A stretch of DNA of 64,000 nt, taken from contig CAZECO010000001.1 of assembly GCA_964510455.1 (NCBI GenBank), forward strand, positions 35,693 through 99,692, given 5' to 3'. A program made the translations under genes and the position numbers. The stretch is from an uncultured Actinomycetes bacterium. Lineage in GTDB: Bacteria > Actinomycetota > Actinomycetes > S36-B12 > GCA-2699445. Below are positions 37,191 through 47,005 of this stretch, in pieces (the stretch's first letter is position 1; each line of letters starts with the position of its first letter). The notes under the pieces were generated by a model. That model worked only from the letters and a program-made list of their open reading frames with translations. It was not told where the DNA came from and ran no database searches.

Positions 37191-40100
37191 TCAGGTGGTC
37201 TCCTTGGCGTACTCGTGCACGAGCTCCCCGATGCGGGCGATGAGTTCGTCGATGCCCGCCCCGTGGCCGAAGAAGTATTCGGCCATCTTGTTGTGGCTGC
37301 CCTGGTTGCCGGCGACGGCAGCGATGATCGCGTCGCGCAGGTCGGGGGATTCCAGGAATTGCTTGCTGGTGTTGGCCCGGGCCTGGGTGGCGAGCTTCGG
37401 GTTCTCCAACAGGGTTCGCAGCAGGGCCTCGAGGAACGACTCCTTCTGGCCGGCGCTGAAGTCCTCGTCGCCGAACAGGTCGTTGAGGCGGTCGATGACT
37501 TCCTGGAAGGCGACCATCTTGGGGTCCTTCTTGCCGGCGGAGCCGGCGCCGGACACTCCTTTGAGTCCGGTGCGTGTGCCGAGGCCGATGTCGGTCTCCC
37601 CCTTGTCGGTCTGCTTGATCTTGACGAGGGTGACGTCGGACAGGTCGATGCCGGCAGTGAAGTTCTCCGGACGGATCAGCCGTTCCAGCAGCCGCAGGAA
37701 GATGGATCGCTTCTCCAGCTCGGGGTCGCCGTAGTCGACGATCTGGCTCATGAAGTCGTACAGCCGCACGAAGGTGCCGACGTCCTTCCGGAAGATGTCC
37801 AGCTCGTCGACGGCCGCTTTGTCGCCGGCGTCCAGGGCGGAGGTGTACCGGGTGGCGAACCGCTGCTTGGCCGGGCCGAGGGCGGCGGCCAGGGCGTTGT
37901 TGCCCGCCCGCTTGACCCACGCCTCCGCGCACCGGTCGATCTCGTCCTCGGTGAAGATGCCGGCCTGGTCGAGCTTGCTGGAGATGTCGTGGACGAGGTT
38001 CGGGTCGGTGGCGGTCTCCAGGAACGCGTCGGTGTAGTAGGGCTCGAAGGAGTCGCGGATCTCCTGCGGGTCGTTGACGAAGTCTAGGACGAACGTGCGG
38101 TCCTTCACCTGCCCGTCGGGGGCCCGGTAGGTGCGGTTGAGCCGGGACAAGGTCTGCACCGCGGTGACGCCGGAAAGCCGCTTGTCGATATACATCGCGC
38201 ACAGCAGCGGCTGGTCGAAGCCGGTCTGGAACTTGTTGGCGACCAGCATGATCCGGTAGTCGTCGCCGGCGAAAGCGGTGCGCAGGTCCTTACCGCCCAG
38301 GGCCGGGTTGATCGTCGATTCGGTGAACGGCTCGGGCCCCGATTCCAGGTCGTCCACGGATCCCGAGAACGCAACCAGCGTCTTCAGCGGGTACCCCTTC
38401 TTCGCGATGTAGGCGTCGATGGCGAGCTTGTAGCGGACCGCGGCCTTGCGGGAATCGGTGACGACCATCGCCTTGGCGTGCCCGTCGAGCAGTCCCTCGA
38501 CGTTGGCGCGGAAGTGCTCGACGATGATCTGCACCTTCTGGCCGATGTTCGTGGGATGCAGCTTCACCCACCGCATCAGGCCCTTGGTCGCGGTCGACTC
38601 GTCGACCATCTCCTGCGCGCTCGCCTCTGCCTGGGATACGGGACCGCTGGCGACGTTCTGGGCGATCTGGAACGCGGTGCCGAACGTCTGGTAGCCGCGC
38701 AGCACGTCCAGGATGAAGCCCTCCTCGATGGCCTGCCGCATCGTGTACACGTGGAACGGCACCGGCAGACCGTCGGCGTCCGGGCGGCCGAACAGCTCCA
38801 GGGTCTTGGCCTTCGGGGTTGCGGTGAACGCGAAGTAGGAGATGTTGCCGTCCTCGGCGCGCGATGCGGCGTCGGCGGCGAGGATGGCCTCCACGTCGAT
38901 CTCCCCGCCGTCCTCCAGCTCGGCCAGCTCCTCGGCGGTCAGGACCTGCTTCAACCGGTTGGCGGTGGCGCCGGTCTGGGAGGAGTGGGCCTCGTCGGCG
39001 ATCACTGCGAACCGCTTGCCCGCCAGCCCCTTGCGGCTTCGGATCGCGTCCAGCGCGTAGGGGAACGTCTGGATGGTGACCACGACGATCAGCTTGCCCT
39101 CGGCCAGCACCTTGGCCAGCAGGCCGGATTTGCTGCCCTCCTCGGAGCGGGCCACCTCGTCGGGGCCGATCGCGGCGACCACGCCCTGCGCGGAGTCGAT
39201 CTGCCGGATCGCCTCCTGCAGCTGGTCGTCGAGCACGGTGCGGTCGGTGACCACGATCACCGAGTCGAACACCTTCGTGTTGCCCGCGTCGTGCAGCCGC
39301 GCCAACCGGTGCGCCGTCCACGCGATCGAGTGGGTCTTGCCCGACCCGGCCGAGTGCTGCACCAGGTACCTGTTGCCCGGGCCTTCCGCGCGGGCGGCGG
39401 ACGTCAGCGCGGTCACCGCCTCCCACTGGTGGAACCGGGGGAACAGCATGGCGGTGGACGTGCTGACCTGGCCGCTGATCGGGTCGGTCTGTTTCGCGGT
39501 CTCCACGTGCAGGAACCTGCCGATGATGTCCAGCCAGGCGTCGCGCTGCAGCACCCGCTCCCACAGGTACGACGACGCCGACCCGTGCGGGTTCGGCGGG
39601 TTCCCGGCGCCCCCGGCGTCGCCGCGGTTGAACGGCAGGAAATGGGTCTTCGGGCCCGCCAGTTTCGTGGTCATCCACACCTCGTCATTGGACACCGCGA
39701 AATGCACCAGGGCCCGAGACCCGAACCCGAACAGCGGCTCGGCGTGCTTGGTGGCCGGATCCCTCGGCGGCCGGGTCGTCTTGTACTGGTCGATCGCCTC
39801 GGCCACCGACTGGGTGAAATCGGTCTTCAGCTCGCAGGTGGCCACCGGCAGCCCGTTGACGAACAGCACCAGATCCACCGACCGGTTGCTGGCGGTCGAG
39901 TAGTGCACCTGCCGCATGACGCGGACCCGGACCGCCTCGTACCGTGCCAGGGTGGCGGCGTTCAGGCCCGTCTCCGGCTTGAACTGGCACATGTCGAACG
40001 ACGACGCCACATGCTTGAAGCCCCGACGCAGCACCGCCAGCGTCCCCCCGCCCTGATCCAGCGGCGCGTTGAGCCGATCCACGAGCCGGTCGAGGAGCTG

Positions 40101-40310
40101 TGCGCGCTTCTTGGCCTCGTCCGGCGCCCCCGCCTTAACCGCCTTCTCCCACGCCTCCGGCTGGGTGTCGGCGAGCCAGCCGAACACGTCCTCGGGGAAC
40201 AGGGCGCGCTGCTTGTCGTAGCCGGCGTCGTCCGGCGAGTACAGCCAGCCGTATGCAGCCAGGTGCTCGCACAGCTCCGCCTCGAACGGCGCCTCGTTGT
40301 AGTCCGCCAT
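37191..40310 (-). CDS. hsdR: type I restriction enzyme, R subunit
   Basis: Track ORF 37191..40493 trimmed to MADYNEAPFEAELCEHL. Helicase motifs VQHSAGSGKTHSIAW (Walker A) and AVIADEAHSSQ (DEAH). TGATG overlap with the hsdS stop. Confidence 0.95.
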   Translation of the reverse strand: MADYNEAPFEAELCEHLAAYGWLYSPDDAGYDKQRALFPEDVFGWLADTQPEAWEKAVKAGAPDEAKKRAQLLDRLVDRLNAPLDQGGGTLAVLRRGFKHVASSFDMCQFKPETGLNAATLARYEAVRVRVMRQVHYSTASNRSVDLVLFVNGLPVATCELKTDFTQSVAEAIDQYKTTRPPRDPATKHAEPLFGFGSRALVHFAVSNDEVWMTTKLAGPKTHFLPFNRGDAGGAGNPPNPHGSASSYLWERVLQRDAWLDIIGRFLHVETAKQTDPISGQVSTSTAMLFPRFHQWEAVTALTSAARAEGPGNRYLVQHSAGSGKTHSIAWTAHRLARLHDAGNTKVFDSVIVVTDRTVLDDQLQEAIRQIDSAQGVVAAIGPDEVARSEEGSKSGLLAKVLAEGKLIVVVTIQTFPYALDAIRSRKGLAGKRFAVIADEAHSSQTGATANRLKQVLTAEELAELEDGGEIDVEAILAADAASRAEDGNISYFAFTATPKAKTLELFGRPDADGLPVPFHVYTMRQAIEEGFILDVLRGYQTFGTAFQIAQNVASGPVSQAEASAQEMVDESTATKGLMRWVKLHPTNIGQKVQIIVEHFRANVEGLLDGHAKAMVVTDSRKAAVRYKLAIDAYIAKKGYPLKTLVAFSGSVDDLESGPEPFTESTINPALGGKDLRTAFAGDDYRIMLVANKFQTGFDQPLLCAMYIDKRLSGVTAVQTLSRLNRTYRAPDGQVKDRTFVLDFVNDPQEIRDSFEPYYTDAFLETATDPNLVHDISSKLDQAGIFTEDEIDRCAEAWVKRAGNNALAAALGPAKQRFATRYTSALDAGDKAAVDELDIFRKDVGTFVRLYDFMSQIVDYGDPELEKRSIFLRLLERLIRPENFTAGIDLSDVTLVKIKQTDKGETDIGLGTRTGLKGVSGAGSAGKKDPKMVAFQEVIDRLNDLFGDEDFSAGQKESFLEALLRTLLENPKLATQARANTSKQFLESPDLRDAIIAAVAGNQGSHNKMAEYFFGHGAGIDELIARIGELVHEYAKETT

Positions 40311-41572
40311 CACGCCGCCCCCCGCACATCGATCCGGCCGGTCACGGCGGCCGTGATCAGCGCCGCCCGGCGTTCTTTGGCCAACTCGATGAACCGCTGC
40401 GCCCTCGCGATCAGACGGTCGATCTTGGCCGTCTGATCGTCCAGGTAGTCGGCGACGGCGCGCTGCTCGGCGAGGGGCGGCACCACGACCCACAATCGGA
40501 GGAACGACTCTGGGTAGAGGCGCAGCCGCGAGGTCCAGACGCCCCGGGAGAACCGTGTCATCTCGGTAACGTAGGCCTGGGACCTGTACAGGTAGCCGAA
40601 GAACCGCTTCTCGAAGAGTTCAGGCCGCACCACTTGGTAGACGCCGTAGGCAGGGCTCACGATGCCGTCATACGTCGAGACGCCGAGGGCGCCCATCCAG
40701 GCCCACATCGTGTTGATCACCAAATCGCCCGACTGCACGATGCGATATCCCTCAAGGCTCTCGGCCTCGAACATGTTGACGTCCTTCTCGGAACGTGGGG
40801 TGACGCCCGTCAGGTGTGACACCGTGAGCAACTCTTCAGACCCGTCGGTCGACACTTCTTGCCGCTCGCGCAGCAGCGCCTTGTTCCGGAGACGGAGCCA
40901 GTGCTTGGGTGCACCGGGCACCGGACCAATCCCCGTCGCGGCACGCTCCGCCCCGTCGAGACCTTTCCACAAAACGTTGTCCACGACTGCAGCCCGCCGC
41001 TCTCGCAGCGTCTCGACCAGCCGTTCCTGCTTCCCGATCAGCCGGTCGATCTGCCCGGTCTCCCGATCCAGGAAGTCGGCGATCGCCCGCTGCTCGGAAT
41101 GAGGCGGAACAAGCAGCCCGAAGGACGTCAGGGTTGATGCCGCGATGGCTGGGTAGCTGACGCCCTCGCTGTGCGCCACCACGCGGTCGACGAAGTCATC
41201 ACTCTGCAGGTAGTAGGCGAGCCAGTGGGGATGGATGCCCGGCCTTGGATGGAGCACGGCGAAGCCGGTGGAGAAGACGATTCGGTGCTCAGGGTCGGGA
41301 GGCGAGGGCACTGTAGCTACCGCGCGCAAGTAGGTTCTTACCGTTGACACCACGATGTCCCCTGGTTCGGCGAGTCGGCGTGCGCGTGAGGGCGCTTCAG
41401 CGAACCGTATTGGGGAAGATTCCAATCGCATCGAGCCCTGGGTGACGTTGCCGATGTCCACGTAGATGAACGACAACTCCTTGTCGGTGTCCTCAGGTAG
41501 GACTCCACAATTGCAGTCGGCGATGAACTTCAGCCGAGAAGGCTGCCAGTCAGGATGATGTCCCTCGGTCAC
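40310..41572 (-). CDS. hsdS: type I restriction enzyme, S (specificity) subunit
   Basis: Track ORF 40310..41941 trimmed to VTEGHHPDWQPSRLKFI (GTG 41572, GTGA overlap with the hsdM stop). Two target-recognition halves, each followed by a conserved helix (LRERRAAVVDNVLWKGL; AKERRAALITAAVTGRIDV). Confidence 0.9.
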   Translation of the reverse strand: MTEGHHPDWQPSRLKFIADCNCGVLPEDTDKELSFIYVDIGNVTQGSMRLESSPIRFAEAPSRARRLAEPGDIVVSTVRTYLRAVATVPSPPDPEHRIVFSTGFAVLHPRPGIHPHWLAYYLQSDDFVDRVVAHSEGVSYPAIAASTLTSFGLLVPPHSEQRAIADFLDRETGQIDRLIGKQERLVETLRERRAAVVDNVLWKGLDGAERAATGIGPVPGAPKHWLRLRNKALLRERQEVSTDGSEELLTVSHLTGVTPRSEKDVNMFEAESLEGYRIVQSGDLVINTMWAWMGALGVSTYDGIVSPAYGVYQVVRPELFEKRFFGYLYRSQAYVTEMTRFSRGVWTSRLRLYPESFLRLWVVVPPLAEQRAVADYLDDQTAKIDRLIARAQRFIELAKERRAALITAAVTGRIDVRGAA

Positions 41573-43578
41573 CGTTCCACCTCCCGCAGCAGTTCGATGA
41601 TCTCGCTGGCGAGGGCGTTGAGGTCGTTGTCGATCTCTTCGAGGGGCCGGGGCGGGGCGTACTTGTAGAAGTGGCGGGTGAAGGGGATCTCGTAGCCGAC
41701 CTTGGTCTTGGCGGGGTCGATCCAGGCGTCGGGGACGTGGGGGAGGACCTCGTGCTCGACGTAGGCGGCGATCAGCGCGTCGCGGTCGCTGCGGCCGCCG
41801 GCGCTGTCGCCGTGCTGTCCGGGCGGCGCCCAGTCGAAGGGGACGTTCTCGGTGTCGCGCAGCGAGACGTCCGGTTCGGGGTTGCCCTTGCTGTCGGTGC
41901 AGATGTCGGCGGTGTCGTCGCGCCGCGAGAGCCCCTGCCACAGGGCCTTCATAGCGGGCGCGCCGAGGGTGATCCCGGCGGTCTGCAGGTGGGGTTTCAG
42001 CGCGGCGAGGAACGCCTCCCGGTTGGTGTGCACGGCGCCGCCGAACGACTCCAGCGCGGCTCGCAGGGCCGACGGGTCGACGGCTTTCAGCGAGCCCTTG
42101 CCCGCGGCTGTGTCGAGGAGTGCGTCGATCCGTTCCGGGGCGCAGGCGAAGTTCAGCCGCAGCGGCCGTTCGACGGTGATGGTGCAGTACCCGAAGTCGG
42201 TGGAGGCGAACACCCGGGAGTACTCCGCGTCCTGCTCGGGCTGCTCGTCGAGCGCGTCGTAGATCCGCACGATGCGGGCGCGGTCGGCCGGAGACACCTC
42301 GCGTGACTTGTCGCCGAGGTTGCGGCGCATCTTGGTGAAGAACTGCGACCCGTCGATCAGTTGCACCTTCCCGGCCCGGGTCGGCGGTTTGGTGTTGTCC
42401 AGTACCCAGATGTAGGTGGCGATCCCGGTGTTGTAGAACATGCTGGTCGGTAGGGCCACGATGGCGTCGACGAGGTCGTTCTCCAGCAGCCAGCGGCGGA
42501 TCTCGGACTCGCCGGACTCCGCGGCGCCGTTGAACAGCGGCGACCCGTTGAGGACCATCCCGGCCCTGCCGCCGCCCTCGCCGGCGGGCCGCATCTTGGA
42601 CGCCAGGTGGGTGAGGAACAGCATCTGGCCGTCGCCGATCTTCGGCAGCCCGGGACCGAAGCGGCCGCTACTGCCGGTGCGGGCGCGCTCGGCCTTCACC
42701 GACTCCTCCGATGCCTTCCAGTCCACGCCGTACGGCGGATTGGACAGGCAGTAGTCGAAGGTCTTGCCCGCGAACTGGTCGTCGGCGAGGGTGTCGCCGA
42801 GCCGGATGTTGGAGGCGTCCTGACCCTTGGCGATCATGTCGGACTTGCAGATCGCGTAGGACTGGTCGTTGAGCTCCTGCCCGTACAGGCGCAGCCGGGC
42901 GTCGGGGTTCTGGGCCAGCAGGTGCTCCTCGGCGACCGACAGCATGCCGCCGGTGCCGGCGGTCGGGTCGTACACCGACCGGACCACGCCCGGTTCCAGC
43001 AGCGCGGCGTTGTCCTCCGCGAACAGCAGGTCCACCATCAGCCGGATCGCGTCGCGCGGGGTGAAGTGCTCCCCGGCCTCCTCGTTCGACGCCTCGGCGA
43101 ACTTGCGGATCAGCTCCTCGAACAGGTCGCCCATGTCCGCGTTCGGGACGGTATCGGGGTGCAGGTCCACCTCGGCGAACCTCGACACCACCAGGTAGAG
43201 CCGGTTCTTCTCGGCCAGGGTGGCGATCTCGTTTTCGAACTTGAACCGGGCGAACACGTCGATGTTGGGGGAGAAGCGGCTGATGTAGTCGGTCAGGTTC
43301 GCCGCCAGCCCGTCCGGGTCGGACAGCAGCCGTGCCATGTCGTACTCGGAGGTGTTGTAGAACGCCATCTGCGTCCGCTGCCGCACCAGGGCCGACAGTA
43401 CGGCCGGGTTCTCCGTGGTCTCCGCGATGGCTCGGACCTGATCGCGGGTCGGGGCCATCAGGCAGTCCAGCCGGCGCAGGATCGTCATAGGCAGGATCAC
43501 GTTGCCGTACTGGTGCGGCTTGTAGACACCGCGCAACTGGTCCGCGATCGACCACACGAAGTTGCCCAGGTTGCTCAT
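41569..43578 (-). CDS. hsdM: type I restriction enzyme, M subunit (N6-adenine methyltransferase)
   Basis: MSNLGNFVWSIADQLRGVYKPHQYGNVILPMTILRRLD. SAM motif is VYDPTAGTGGML. Catalytic motif is LSNPPYGVDW. Confidence 0.95.
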   Translation of the reverse strand: MSNLGNFVWSIADQLRGVYKPHQYGNVILPMTILRRLDCLMAPTRDQVRAIAETTENPAVLSALVRQRTQMAFYNTSEYDMARLLSDPDGLAANLTDYISRFSPNIDVFARFKFENEIATLAEKNRLYLVVSRFAEVDLHPDTVPNADMGDLFEELIRKFAEASNEEAGEHFTPRDAIRLMVDLLFAEDNAALLEPGVVRSVYDPTAGTGGMLSVAEEHLLAQNPDARLRLYGQELNDQSYAICKSDMIAKGQDASNIRLGDTLADDQFAGKTFDYCLSNPPYGVDWKASEESVKAERARTGSSGRFGPGLPKIGDGQMLFLTHLASKMRPAGEGGGRAGMVLNGSPLFNGAAESGESEIRRWLLENDLVDAIVALPTSMFYNTGIATYIWVLDNTKPPTRAGKVQLIDGSQFFTKMRRNLGDKSREVSPADRARIVRIYDALDEQPEQDAEYSRVFASTDFGYCTITVERPLRLNFACAPERIDALLDTAAGKGSLKAVDPSALRAALESFGGAVHTNREAFLAALKPHLQTAGITLGAPAMKALWQGLSRRDDTADICTDSKGNPEPDVSLRDTENVPFDWAPPGQHGDSAGGRSDRDALIAAYVEHEVLPHVPDAWIDPAKTKVGYEIPFTRHFYKYAPPRPLEEIDNDLNALASEIIELLREVER

Positions 43579-43858
43579 CCGACCTCCGTTCTAGTGCCAG
43601 TACACAGGCGAAGCCACGTGCTGAGATGCAATAGAGCGCAAGTCGTTGGCACGGGGGCCCGGCGTGGGACTCAGTCCTGGCGGTTGGACCCCCCCACAGA
43701 TCGGTCTCCGACCCCAGCCTTCCCATTCGTGATCAAGGCCGACGCCGGTGACGTGAGGAACCTGAGCACTCAGTGCCTCCAAGCCGGACTCTCGCTGCGT
43801 CCCGCCTGGGAAAAGGTGCAGTCCGCTCACTGACGGGCCCGGCTGCGACACTGCCTCC

Positions 43859-44869
43859 GTGCGAAGAGCCGAGGTAGAGGTGAAAGTTCTGGCGGCGGTC
43901 GACGCGGTTCGGCGAGGGCAGCGAGTCGAGGATGACCTCGTCGAATGCAAGAGCGACTGGCCGGATACCGAGAAGGCAAGACAGTTCGCTGGACTCTGCA
44001 ATAGGGCACGAGGGCATCCAGTGCTGTTGATAGTCGGGCTCGACGAGAAGACGGGCCGGGTGACCACGCTGAACTCAACCGACCCCGCCAACTGGTGGCC
44101 GTCCTTTTCCGCGCGTTTCGACGAGGTAGCACCCGACCTTGATGTCCACATGGTTGTCCCAGTTGGCAACGATGAGCAAGTCGTCGCCCTTCTGTTCGGA
44201 ACCGGCCGGGTCCCATACGTGGTCAAGAGTTCCGACGGCACCGGGCCCCATCGCGAGATCCCAATGCGGGCAGGAACGGCAACACGGGCTGCCTACCGGC
44301 ACGAGATCGTCAAGATGCTTGGGCCGACGATCAACCTGCCGAGCATCACAGCGCTCAGCGCAGAGATCTTCGCTGCCCGGCGGATATCACCGGGCGGGCC
44401 AGCAAGCGAAGAGACAACGGTTCAGATAGCCGGAACTGTCTGGGTGTATATCGAACACCTCGCGGCGGACTTCGCCATGATCCCCGCGCACCGCATCGAA
44501 GCCCGTCTGTCGTTCATCGATGTCGTCCTACCTGTCAGCGTCCAGACTGCACAGTCGACCCTCCGGTTCTTTGGTAAGGATGAAAGCCCGCCAACGCGGC
44601 AGCCAGAACGGCGATTTGGTGTGGACGCACGCCATGACGGCCTGCTTGTCACCGGTCCTGGGCGAACACCGATGTACTTCAGCCGGCAGGTGAACCTGGA
44701 GGACATGGAGGAGATTGCGACCGCGAAGTCCTGCAAGATCACGATGACGCTATACGTCGATGGATCGGACGTTCCCGTCCGACTGGTTACGGTCGCAGAT
44801 CGTCAAGATTCTCGCAATACGAATGGAAGCGAGGTGGCCTACTGGGCTTCCCCCGTCGGTATGGCTTAG
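43859..44869 (+). CDS. AlbA_2 (Schlafen-like) N-terminal domain protein with an uncharacterised C-terminal half
   Basis: EDDLVECKSDWPD...ARQFAGLCNRARGHPVLLIVGLDEKTGRV...VVALLFGTGRVPYVVKSS...IPMRAGTATRAAYRHEIVKML follows the AlbA_2 pattern as I remember it (E.K....A..N..GG.l..Gv.d.g...PY....iR.Gs.T..A...Ei). A sampled line was ~57% GC, below the rest. Confidence 0.5.
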   Translation: MRRAEVEVKVLAAVDAVRRGQRVEDDLVECKSDWPDTEKARQFAGLCNRARGHPVLLIVGLDEKTGRVTTLNSTDPANWWPSFSARFDEVAPDLDVHMVVPVGNDEQVVALLFGTGRVPYVVKSSDGTGPHREIPMRAGTATRAAYRHEIVKMLGPTINLPSITALSAEIFAARRISPGGPASEETTVQIAGTVWVYIEHLAADFAMIPAHRIEARLSFIDVVLPVSVQTAQSTLRFFGKDESPPTRQPERRFGVDARHDGLLVTGPGRTPMYFSRQVNLEDMEEIATAKSCKITMTLYVDGSDVPVRLVTVADRQDSRNTNGSEVAYWASPVGMA

Positions 44870-44944
44870 CCCGTCCGGCGAAGGGCCCAGCGGCCGGCAA
44901 CCGTCGCCTTCGCGGAGTGGTGGGTTAGACGATGGGTTAGACGT

Positions 44945-45065
44945 GTCGAGGGTCTTGCCCCGCGAACTGGTCGTCGGCGAGGGTGTCGCCGAGACGGATG
45001 TTGGAAGGATCCTGCCCCATGGCGATCATGTCCGACTGACAGATCGCGAGAGACTGGTCCTTAGG
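44945..45065 (-). pseudogene. relic of a second hsdM gene (internal ~40 codons only)
   Basis: Nucleotide match to hsdM 42760-42870, about 85-90% by hand alignment with one 1-nt indel. Encodes QSLAICQSDMIAMGQDPSNIRLGDTLADDQFAG versus intact QSYAICKSDMIAKGQDASNIRLGDTLADDQFAG. Confidence 0.85.
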
Positions 45066-45201
45066 CTGCCGAGCGGCCGTGCGCGCGTGATCCCTGCTCA
45101 CGGCCCAGGGACAATGAACGGGATCTGGAACCTTACGAATCGGCAAAGTCCGCCGCCGATGCACTCTTGATCCAAGCGACCTGACGGAGGGAAGAGTTTC
45201 C

Positions 45202-45807
45202 GTGACTGAATGGCTACCGCTGACCTCGGCCATTGCCACGATGGTCTCGGCGACGGCCGCCTGGGCAGCGGTCTTCGTGGTCGGGCGCCAGGTGCGGGAG
45301 ATGCGCAGACTCCGGGAGGAACAGGCTCGGCCTTTCGTCGTAGTGCGGCTGAAACTCGGCCGGCTGGTGTCGATCGTTGTTGAGAACGTCGGCCCAGCAC
45401 AAGCCCGCGATGTCCGCTTCAGCTTCGCTCCACCGCTAACGTCCACATCGACCAGCAGCGGCGGGCCCTATCCGGCGGTGAGGGCTCTCGCACTGCAAGA
45501 GGGACTCGAGAGCCTCGCGCCCGGCGACGCTTTCGAGTTCGTGCTGGACGCATCCGCTGATCGATTTAAGAGAAGTGATCTGCCCATGCGGATCGAGGCG
45601 TCTGCGACCTACCACCAGACTCTCGATGGCAAACTTCGGCGATACACCGACACATACGTCCTGGACCTGCAGTCCCTGGGTTTCGCGACCCTCCCGACTA
45701 ACCCGCTGGACGAAACGCGGAAGGAACTGGCAAAGATCGCGGGCCAAATGAAGGGGCTGAATGAGGCGGCAGCTCGAGTCAGCAGGCAGCTCGAGCGGGA
45801 GACGTAG
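45202..45807 (+). CDS. hypothetical protein with one N-terminal TM helix
   Basis: GTG start. TM is LPLTSAIATMVSATAAWAAVFVV. The rest is soluble with no motif I recognise. Lower GC. Confidence 0.55.
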   Translation: MTEWLPLTSAIATMVSATAAWAAVFVVGRQVREMRRLREEQARPFVVVRLKLGRLVSIVVENVGPAQARDVRFSFAPPLTSTSTSSGGPYPAVRALALQEGLESLAPGDAFEFVLDASADRFKRSDLPMRIEASATYHQTLDGKLRRYTDTYVLDLQSLGFATLPTNPLDETRKELAKIAGQMKGLNEAAARVSRQLERET

Positions 45808-45919
45808 GCGCCCTGTGGCAGCGCGCGCGCTTGCTGTTCGTCCCCGCCACCCAGCCATCTCAGCGCTTAAGGACCGGCGTTACCACCGGCGAGTCACAGG
45901 GCTTCTGCGCGTCGCCGCG

Positions 45920-47005
45920 TCACAGCTCGACCGACGCGCGCGCGGGCGGGTTGACGACGTCCATGACGGTCTCCAGTGGGAGCCCGCTGAACTCGGCGAC
46001 TGCCTCGGGCGTCGCGCCGCTGGCGAGGGCGAGCTGGTACGCCCTCGACAGCAGTTGGGGCCGTTCCACGGTGGGGAGCGGGAATGGTTCGTACGTCCGC
46101 CCGTAGGTCTGCCCTAGGACGATCATCGCGCGACGGTAGGCGCCGTCGCTGATGACAGCCAGGGTCTTGGCCCGGTACAGAAGCGCCTGGATGGACACCC
46201 CCCACCGGGCCTTGAGCCGGGCGTACCTGCCCAGGTCGAAGCGGCGGGGCAGTTCGTCGGCGATCAAGTGCGCGGGCATGAGCAGTTCGGCGGCGAAGGC
46301 GTGCGCCTGCGCCTCGTGCGCTCCAGATGGGTCGGGGTCGGGGTGGCAGACGAGGTGGCCGAGCTCGTGGGCCGTGCTGAACCTCAGCCGCGCGGCGTCG
46401 CTTCCCCGTTCAGGACCCAGGACGACGACTGGGCGGCGGGATTGGTTTTGGCTGAACGCGTCGATCCGCGGCGAGTACGGTCCGGACCAAGCGGTGACGG
46501 TGCCGTGAACCTCAAGGTTCCGAAGGAGGTTCCCGATCGGGCCGTCGGGCAACTGCCACTCCCGGCGAAGAGTGTTGGTCGCTTCCCGCAACTCGGCCGG
46601 TCCGGCGTCGGGTGCCAGGGGGAAGGTCGGGACGGCGGCGGCTGGCAGATCAACCCAGGCCTCTAACGCCGCCGCGATGTCCAGCACCATCTCGCTCCAT
46701 GCCCAGGCGGACTGTCGTTCGCGCAGGGTTGAGGACCGCAGCGAGCGGAAGTGAACCCCGTTCGCGCCGGCGCCGGACAGATCGCGGCGGCCCATGGTGA
46801 AGAACAGCAGTGGCAGTTGGAGTGCCAGCGCCAGACGCGCGGCCGTTGCCGGCGTCGGGCCGATCCGTCCGGACTCCATCTGGGACAGGCCGCCCGCAGT
46901 CACTCCTGCGGCCGCGGACAGATCGCGCAGGGTCATGCCCCGCAGGTGGCGCGCCAGGCGAAGCCGCTCTCCATCGAAGGCTGCGGCGGCTTGTTCAGCC
47001 TGCAT
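45920..47005 (-). CDS. XRE-HTH fused to an ImmA/IrrE-type (COG2856) metallopeptidase
   Basis: HTH is MTLRDLSAAAGVTAGGLSQMESG. Peptidase motifs are TAHELGHLVCH (HExxH) and EAQAHAFAAELLMPAHLI. Confidence 0.85.
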   Translation of the reverse strand: MQAEQAAAAFDGERLRLARHLRGMTLRDLSAAAGVTAGGLSQMESGRIGPTPATAARLALALQLPLLFFTMGRRDLSGAGANGVHFRSLRSSTLRERQSAWAWSEMVLDIAAALEAWVDLPAAAVPTFPLAPDAGPAELREATNTLRREWQLPDGPIGNLLRNLEVHGTVTAWSGPYSPRIDAFSQNQSRRPVVVLGPERGSDAARLRFSTAHELGHLVCHPDPDPSGAHEAQAHAFAAELLMPAHLIADELPRRFDLGRYARLKARWGVSIQALLYRAKTLAVISDGAYRRAMIVLGQTYGRTYEPFPLPTVERPQLLSRAYQLALASGATPEAVAEFSGLPLETVMDVVNPPARASVEL

